In this document: in pieces, positions 58,401 to 64,000 of the stretch
How the letters are laid out: each line of letters begins with the position of its first letter
Numbering within the stretch: position 1 is the stretch's first letter
Assembly: GCA_002269645.1 (NCBI GenBank)
Contig: NIVC01002626.1
Span: 91,210-155,209 of the forward strand
Direction of reading: 5' to 3'
DNA: 64,000 bases
DNA from: Macrostomum lignano
Lineage: Eukaryota
Program-made: the position numbers and the translations under genes
The notes under the pieces: model-generated
Seen by the model: the letters and a program-made list of their open reading frames with translations, nothing else
Told to the model about the DNA's origin: nothing
Databases searched by the model: none

Positions 58401-61162
58401 TAGCCAGGTATCTTGTATCAATCCGATTCTATTTCCGGATCGCAAAAGTTTTCTGCACCAATTCCAATAGCTAATTTATTTATTTTTAGTTAATGGGTTA
58501 ATCATCTCCTTTGTTTCTCTTCATTTCTATCCTCTGTTCCCAGCTCACAATCGCAATCAATACGCCTTAACTCTGTCATTTATGCTTGCTCTTCCCGTTC
58601 TGCACTGTAGCTCGTACCAAAATTCTCTCTAATTGCCCAACACAGCAGCACCCACCCCATCCTCCGCTACCCACCCCATCCTCCGCTACCCACCCCATCC
58701 TCCCCTACCCACCACATCCTCCATTACCCACCCCATCCTCCCCTACCCACCACATCCTCCATTACCCACCCCATCCTCCGCTATCCACCCCATCCTCCGC
58801 TACCCACCCATCCTCCGCTACCCACCCCATCCTCCGCTACCCACCCCATCCTCCGCTACCCACCCCATCCTCCGTTACCCACCCATCCTCCGCTACTCAC
58901 CCCATCCTCCGCTACCCACCTCATTCTCCGCTACCCGCTCCATCCCCGCTACCCACCCCATCCTCCGTTACCACCCCCCATCCTCCGCTACCCACCCCAT
59001 CCTCCGTTACCCACCCCATCCTCCGCTACCCACCCCATCCCCCGCTACTCACCCCATCCTCCGCTACCTACCTCATTCTCCGCTACCCACTCCATCCCCC
59101 GCTACCCACCCCATCCTCCACTACCCACCCCATCCTCCGCTACCCACCCATCCTCCGCTACCCACCCCATCCTCCGCTACCCACCCCATCCTCCGCCCCC
59201 ACCCCATCTACGGTTACCCACTTCAGCTTACCTAAACATGATCAAAACTCCTAAATTCAACACCTAAAAACTACGAGGGGCGTACTGAAAGTTTTGAGAT
59301 ACACCGAAACCACAAATGTCTGAAACAAAATTTCTGTCACAATTTTTCGAAGTAGCTCGTATCTTTGTTTTCTAGTATTGAATATCATAAACGACCTTTC
59401 CTTGCAGGGCCCGTACTGTCAAGGTGACACGGGTGAATGCGCGAACAGCCTCGGTCCGTGCAGCCCAGCGGGCACCCTTCGCTGCCTCCGCAGAGGTCCG
59501 TCCGACCGTCTGAGCAGCTTCACCTGCACCTGCAAGCCGGGCTTCTCCGGTCCGCTCTGCCATCGACGCGTCGACCCGTGCGACAGCGTCGTGTGTCTCG
59601 GCGGCGGTCGCTGCGTCTTCGACAGCTCGGCTGGTCCCGCCTGCCTCTGCCCGCCCGGTCGCGCCGGTCAGCACTGCCAGTTCATCGGCTCCGCCTGCGA
59701 CGAATCGCCGTGCCGCGCGCCGCCTCAACCTGCCGGCAGGTTCGCCTTGGCGGCGGCTTTCGTTGCCACTGCCAGCCAGGGTCTGTGCGGCCCCACCTGC
59801 GCGGAACGGTGCCCGACGTTCGCGGAGGCGCGCAACCGCTGTCGCGAGGCCGGCTGCGACGTCCTCGCAGGCGACGGTCGCTGCGACAGGCGCTGCAGCG
59901 GGCCGGCCTGCGACTGGGACGGGGCGACTGCGGCGGCCTGGGCGCTCGGCCGTGGGTGAACTGCACCGCTATGAGGCTCGGCTTGGCCGCCTGCGACTCG
60001 GTGTACGCAGACGGCGAGTGCAACACAGTCTGCAACACCGAGGCCTGCCTGTTCGACGGCGGCGACTGTCGAGACGACGGCTGTCGGCGAGAGCGAAGCC
60101 CGACTCGGACCCGTGTCCCTATCGCTACTGCGCCGATCACTTCGCCGACGGCAGCTGCGACCGAGGCTGCGACAGTCCCGCCTGCTGTTGGACGGCGGTG
60201 ACTGCGCTGAGCCGGCGGCCGCTCCGCCGTCCCAGTCGCCGGAGGCAGCAGCAGCGCCGCAGTCGTCTTCAAAGACATCCGCCGACGCGGCTGCTTCGAT
60301 GTGGCGCGAATCCCAACTCGACAAAACTGCTGCTAGCGAGCTGCTGGAACTGGAGGTGGCGGCGTCTCCAGCCGAAGCGTCCGAGGCCATCCGTTCGCTG
60401 ACGCGAAGTCTGTCCCGCAACCTGGGCACGCTGCTGCGACTTGTCCAGCCTCCGGTGGCCGCCACCGTCCCCGGCTCGGCTGACGCAGCGCTGGTCAGAT
60501 TCCAGCTGGACGCTTGCTTGGACGCCAAGATTTTTCCAGCTCGTCGCCGCTGACGCCAATCAAGACGCGTCGCTGACCGATTTCTGCTATCGAAGCGCAA
60601 ACTTCGCAGCCCAGGCGGTGGCGCCGGGGTCATGTCCAGCCGCCTGCTGCTGCCCCTGCGGCTGCGTCGGGTTACTTCGGTTGGCAGCGGTGACAGCCAG
60701 TTGTCTGCGGCGGTAGCGGTGGCGGCCGCAACAGGAGCGGCGGCGCGGCGGCGGCGGGGGCGGCGGCGTGATCGGAGTGAGTCGCTCTGGCGGAGTCGGC
60801 AGCTTCCTGCTGCCAGCCGCAGTGGCAGCCGCCTGCCTGCTGGTGCTGGGCCTGCTGCTCGGTTTCCTTCTCAGCGCCATGCGCCGAGGCGGCGTCGTGG
60901 CCGAGACGGACGGCAACAATGAAGCAGGAGGATTCCGTGGGTGTCGTCGGCAGGCGCGAGTCACGGCGCCGCTAAGCCTGACCGCCTCGCCTGTGGCGGG
61001 GACTGGCACGGTGGATTCAGCCTCGATGGCTCCACCGCCAGCTGCCAGCCTGAGCGGCTCTCCGCTGCCGCTGCACCGGCTGCAGCCGCATCATTATCAG
61101 TCACCGGCGCAGCTTCCAGTTCCTAGATGGCCTACCGAGCTCAGAGACTCGCTTTGGGTCAG
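46006..61162 (+). CDS. notch: Notch-family receptor (at least 11 EGF, 3 LNR, NOD/NODP-like, TM helix); exons 46006-46476, 55126-55663, 59408-61162; 5' exons not identified, 3' exons uncertain; needs about 8-9 single-base frameshift corrections
   Basis: Splice phases join exactly: NGFS-G|GC-TRCE (phase 1) and KPGFQ|GPYCQ (phase 0). Ca-binding EGFs (IDVNEC x2), [12 protein letters not shown] as in late Notch repeats, LNR motifs GDGRCD..C....CDWDG(G)[48 protein letters not shown]-like [43 protein letters not shown]. Confidence 0.8.
46650..46964 (+). repeat. 5' LTR (315 bp)
   Basis: tgtggcgccgc...gctacgacacgaca; TATA-like aatataatataaag near 46857; no difference from the 3' LTR seen by eye. Confidence 0.96.
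46965..50738 (+). CDS. Gag-Pol polyprotein, 1257 aa (Gag with two CCHC knuckles, aspartic protease, RT, RNase H, integrase)
   Basis: [13 protein letters not shown] and [14 protein letters not shown]; LDSGSD; RICADYK, YQDD; [20 protein letters not shown]; H..H...C..C zinc finger; [35 protein letters not shown] order indicates Ty3/gypsy. Confidence 0.97.
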   Translation: MASRADNLPLNDPAMTEAWLRSFAALSRSKNLTDSAENRQVTDLFLAKAGVNAVRIVSVMAKPKELEEMDFADIKKLIIEKTLPKKKLVIAERSKFMSMRQEPTESVQAFAQRLRDAARFCEFDQLNAEDSHQTAEDELMQTMLVSGLHNAQHRSRILEHIQGSSQPVALDSSVEFIQQLELIQQYGGADSQKTGETAAPAPASIASIDKNRRDGRATCSSCGMQHKPGRCPARGKTCNKCSRRNHFAAVCKSAPRSTHEVEAAETTEDGPIFSVSSTQQHKTSSLKTVLIDGHALAMQLDSGSDSSIIPQNFWKQLGEPRLRKCRRQLRQFDGSVIKTLGSFTAAVELENKIACVEVTVAACSKTHGLLGTDLLQFDLDAVCLNHVGQAQETPLGKLNGFKARILLRDNVRPSYFEARPVPIHLKPLVITKLRKLVDSGVLESVAPGGSQWASPIVVVRKPNGDIRICADYKIGVNPKICADSYPLPNIETAFCELAGMSHFGTIDLADAYNQLELDEASKEILTINTPIGLLRWTRMPYGVKTASAQFQAAMEATIGGLVSNLVIYQDDVCVGARSEAELDEKVEKLLRKLKAAGMQINERKCVFRSTAISFLGYKISADGVRPDSKLVEKVQQTRAPTNRKELESFLGLTNYYARYVRAYAERVEPLTKLRSKQTPFKWGQDQQKAFDDLKKALAVYPVVRIFDASKRTTLTTDASEKAISAILTQDEHPVIYLSRRLTAAEQNYSNIEREALAIVWATQRARHFLLGAKFTLNCDHQPLEFIFSPAKEIPKVTSARITRWAIQLAAFDYEIAYVRGRSIPHVDAMSRLEFEEKSEQPEVVDSVIHWTETDVLKLEDVQQATATDSVLLGIKRRIRDNVWSNCSAAERPFKSVRQQLSVEDGVICMGDLVVPPAALRPQLLQAAHGDTHCGALATRNRLKREAWWPGHCDDVERYVKQCVKCAEIRTPPARTMHTWPAETTAWQRVHIDHAHVQGAGSLLIVVDAFSGWPEAVLVPDRTARTTLRVLRAIFSRLGVPRTLVSDNAPEFCDGELQQWLQRIGCNLVHSPPYHPQSNGCAERMVQTVKHGLRAFAAHRGSFEAYLAKLLLNYRSTARSDGRGSPSALMGRQLRSPLTMTFEVDAPVVYQPSSKATAEPARFVVQAGSNTAVIIRDHNRPVLAHRDQIRPLPVDSTVTPGQGQATGRGPETAAEETPVEPETPRLGSPNAEIEVPAAPRRSERGNKGVPPERLTPRW
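46966..46980 (+). promoter_or_regulatory. Primer-binding site TGGCGTCGCGAGCAG (probably tRNA-Ser)
   Basis: TGG one base after the LTR end; resembles the complement of a tRNA-Ser(CGA) 3' end (TGGCGTCACGAACAGG type). The tRNA identity is inferred. Confidence 0.7.
50744..51058 (+). repeat. 3' LTR (315 bp)
   Basis: Begins 5 nt after the ORF stop; same sequence as the 5' LTR. Confidence 0.96.
51330..52430 (+). repeat. 16-bp minisatellite cacaaactc(gaagctt / taaact(t/g))
   Basis: About nine cacaaactcgaagctt units then about 50 cacaaactctaaact(t/g) units. Confidence 0.95.
53290..53810 (+). repeat. 16-bp minisatellite gagagtcagggtgtca
   Basis: About 31 units. Confidence 0.95.
54600..55080 (+). repeat. 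About 27-bp C-rich minisatellite (cccacagccaaccccctcacccacca) before exon B
   Basis: Translates as PQPTPSPTT repeats but lies upstream of the 55125 acceptor. Confidence 0.85.
55126..55663 (+). CDS. Notch-like exon B (4 EGF repeats; one apparent 1-nt deletion near 55225-55234)
   Basis: ttcctctgcag| acceptor; [15 protein letters not shown] continues as [11 protein letters not shown] only after a frame change; donor CAG|gtgagt at 55664. Confidence 0.85.
55925..56455 (+). repeat. 18-22-bp minisatellite (ccaccccatcctccgctac), block 1
   Basis: Direct reading. Confidence 0.92.
56910..58065 (+). repeat. 21-bp minisatellite (tcactcttcactcctcacccg) with a roughly 430-bp higher-order repeat
   Basis: Marker cttgtcacacatttactttgcag with its AG ending at 57216, 57496, 57650 and 57928. 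Confidence 0.95.
58645..59218 (+). repeat. 18-22-bp minisatellite (ccaccccatcctccgctac), block 2
   Basis: Same family and orientation as 55925-56455. Confidence 0.92.
59408..61162 (+). CDS. Notch-like exon C (3 EGF, 3 LNR, NOD region, TM, start of intracellular tail), multiply frameshifted
   Basis: tttccttgcag| acceptor; the domain pieces are spread over ORFs 59378, 59437, 59763, 60113, 60441, 60632 and 60768; donor AG|gtgagt at 61163. Confidence 0.8.
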
Positions 61163-61361
61163 GTGAGTGACTACCGATTTTGGATTCTGAAAATGCATTA
61201 TGATTAGCTATTAGTATATGGATTTATGTAATAGTATATTAACATTTATTATATATAACTAACTCAATAATACTTTTTCCTACAATTAATTATACTTTAA
61301 CCAACGCTGACTCATACGAGCGACTACCGACAGAAGGTTTCATCTGCCTAGTTAAGGTTCG

Positions 61362-61455
61362 ATCCAACACCATCAGACCCTATCCAACACCATCAGACCC
61401 TATCCAACACCATCAGACCCTATCCAACACCATCAGACCCTATCCAACTATCCAA
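61362..61455 (+). repeat. 20-bp tandem repeat ccaacaccatcagaccctat x4
   Basis: Direct reading. Confidence 0.9.
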
Positions 61456-61901
61456 CTATCCTATCCGAAATCATTAGATCAGTCTAAAAGCTTCGAACTA
61501 CTCGTAATGAGAAAAAAGAGAATTTTTGCTTTCCTCTGCTTTCGCACTAACCAGCCTAGCCTTTTACTAGCTCGTACCCAACAAGACTCGGTGCAAAGAG
61601 ACGCTCTGCAGAGTATCCATTGCTCACGCTAATCTAGTTAGCAACTAAAAGAAGCAAAACATGCACAAGATAGCAAGCAGTCGTCTAGTGTAGACACAAG
61701 ATTGAGTCTGACAGGCCCAAAAAGCAGATTTGGCAGCACCGATGACAGCAGCCGCATTAGATGCCAGGATGCTCCATCACTTTTAACGCCTGTCCCATTA
61801 TCTCGCCAACCCATCTACATCGCTGATTTCGATCAGCTCCAAGCATCGCCAAGCATCAAACAGTTTTTCTTCTTTCTACAAAAACCATCAAACTTGTCCA
61901 G

Positions 61902-62249
61902 ACGGCCTCGTCGCCAGGCAGCTTGAGTCTGCATCCGGCAACTGACTCGGACTTCTTTGAGTTGCCAATGTCTGCAGCAACAACAACAACTGCTGCTACT
62001 GCTGCTGCTACGTGTTCAGCAGCTTCGGGACCGGCAACTGCAGGACCGTCAGAACCGTCCCCCAGCGGGCTGGCAGCAGAGCGGAGCCGCGACGACTGTT
62101 GGTGGAAGCCAAGAAAGAGAAGTACGCTTGTGACACTTGTACGCTTGTACAATGACGCTCGACCATCGTGTAAATTTTGCTGCAAAATGCATTGGCAAGA
62201 CATATATGATGTTTTCAGCTTTTTAGCGCTGGATTTTAGCACCTCCTAG
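61902..62249 (+). CDS. Candidate downstream exon of the Notch-like gene (low-complexity S/T/A-rich tail)
   Basis: GC-rich open frame TASSPGSLSLHPATDSDFFELP...DDCWWKPRKR; acceptor either ttgtccag (61901, phase 0) or gcag (61921, phase 2, which matches exon C). A minus-strand exon reading (61856-62095, strong polypyrimidine acceptor) is equally possible. Confidence 0.35.
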   Translation, partial: TASSPGSLSLHPATDSDFFELPMSAATTTTAATAAATCSAASGPATAGPSEPSPSGLAAERSRDDCWWKPRKRSTLVTLVRLYNDARPSCKFCCKMHWQDIYDVFSFLALDFSTS

Positions 62250-62889
62250 CCTTCCAAATAATATATATCAATAAATATTTGCAACCGGGTTGTTAGCACT
62301 ACATCTTCCCACAATCAGTACTGACGGCAATTATGCCCATTCCGGTGACCCCTGAGTACACACTAGCGCTCCCATACTGTACGCAGGCTTGCACTCGTAC
62401 ACACGATCACACAGGGTGTACAGCGTGTACACACGCTCACCCTTTGACTTTTTAATCACCAATTAATTGAACAGTTTTGTTTTACTAAGCTAGGGGTCAC
62501 GATAAAATTCAATCTGAAAAAAGCCTCTTAATAGAAAGAACAAAGAACGAATGAGCTGGGAACTGGGAACTTTCTATCTCGAAATGAATTCTTCAGTGAA
62601 AATTGTCCAGCAACAAAACTTGCTCGTCTTCTGCTTTAGTTGATAAGAGCAACAGGTATGCGTGTTGCGTGAGTGTCAGGAGCGTGGTTGATATTTTCAA
62701 CGATAGCCCTAATTACTGATTCTTTTAGTTATTGACGCTACTGAAATATATAATTACGTTTCCTTCAGCAGTTTCTTTTAAAATAAAATACACATGCCGT
62801 CTTACTACTAGTTTAAATAGTAGAATAATAAACATTTATCTGTAGAATTTTGATTGTTATAAACGACTACACAGAAATTATCTTTCTAG

Positions 62890-63090
62890 ATCGTCAGCGA
62901 TGGTTCAACAGTCTTGAGCATCGGCGTTCGATCAGCCTCATCCAGCAGCATCTCCAGCAGCAGCAGAGCAGCAGCAGCAATTGCATCTTCAACAACAGCA
63001 GCAGTTTTGGCAATGGAAGGAGAATCTGGGCTCGCTGACTGGAAGTGCAGTGTGACGATAGCTGCTAGCAACTTTAATGTGCTATAAATC
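62890..63090. other. Candidate GC-rich coding exon, strand and frame unresolved
   Basis: tctttctag| acceptor on + with CAG/AGC runs (RQRWFNSLEHRRSISLIQQHLQQQQ...); ORF 62886-63092 on - is also protein-like. Confidence 0.25.
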
Positions 63091-63694
63091 AAAACGCGTC
63101 ATAAGATCTCTATTTTAAACTATTCGCTAATCGCAAAGCGAACTATTTCATATCAATCTACTTGAGTTTGAAAACAATTTACTTACAAATTTAATGTTCT
63201 TTTTTAACATGTCAAAAATGTATATTTATATTGTAATATTTTTCTAAGAATCTATTATAATTAACACTGCATTTTCTAGGCAAACCATCTATCTGGAAAC
63301 GCGATTTCTAGTATTTCTAGCCATATTGCATCTAGCAGGCCTAAGGCGTATTGAAGCGAGGTTTAAAATAAACGCTCGACAGTCCTGTCGGCTGAGAATG
63401 TCTATGGCCAAAATCCATTTGATCCAGTGTGAAACGGCGCGGTCTGGCTGTCTGTGGTCAATCCTCACTTGGCGCTATGCTGATATATTGATTGACTGCT
63501 TGGGAAATTAACGACCATAATGTATCGATGAGCTCTTTTAAGCACTCGTAACTCGTCAAAATTGTTTTTCAAATAAAAACGTCTTGTAGAAAATTTTTGT
63601 TAAAACCAGTGCATTGTCTAATGAAGCCAGCTATGCAAACAGTGTTTAAACAAGTGTTTTTAATGGCTCTGGCGCCCCTTGATGCTAAATCATC

Positions 63695-64000
63695 AAACCC
63701 AGTTTCCACTGACCGAGCAGGAACTGTTAGACAAACCCAGTTTCCACTGACCGAGCAGGAACTGCTAGACAAACCCAGTTTCCACTGACCGAGAAGGAAC
63801 TGTTAGACAAACCCAGTTTCCACTGACCGAGAAGGGAACTGCTAGACAAACCCCGTTTCCACTGACGAGCAGGAACTGCTAGACAAACCCAGTTTCCACT
63901 GACCGAGAAGGAACTGTTAGACAAACCCAGTTTCCACTGACCGAGAAGGAACTGCTAGACAAACCCAGTTTCCACTGACGAGAAGGAACTGCTAGACAAA
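63695..64000 (+). repeat. 38-bp minisatellite (agtttccactgaccgag(c/a)aggaactg(c/t)tagacaaaccc), running off the right edge
   Basis: Units at 63701, 63739... Confidence 0.92.

Noticed and set aside
62306-62313. CSL/Su(H) site TTCCCACA (and GTGGGAA near 35747) as Notch autoregulation
   Set aside because: A few such 7-8-mers are expected by chance in this much unique sequence, and there is no paired-site geometry.

Overview
Eukaryotic (metazoan) genomic DNA with GT-AG introns. The GC-rich exons, poly-Gln/Gly tracts and minisatellite-filled introns would fit a free-living flatworm such as Macrostomum; that assignment is an inference. Main contents: (1) a complete six-exon mitochondrial i-AAA protease gene (YME1L/FtsH family, 2075-8894, +, about 810 aa) with a different tandem repeat in each intron; (2) a tRNA-derived CORE-type SINE (about 13813-14085, -); (3) a 20.5-kb satellite of a 20-bp unit (15183-35689) with kb-scale higher-order repeats; (4) microsatellite blocks and a hAT/Charlie-type MITE; (5) a Notch-family receptor gene (at least 11 EGF repeats, 3 LNR, NOD-like region, TM helix; exons about 46006-61162, +) that needs several 1-nt frameshift corrections and shows no ankyrin repeats within the window; (6) an intact Ty3/gypsy (Mag-like) LTR retrotransposon with apparently identical 315-bp LTRs inside a Notch intron (46650-51058). 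Most long ORFs in the track are artefacts of stop-free repeats. There is no CRISPR array or rRNA.
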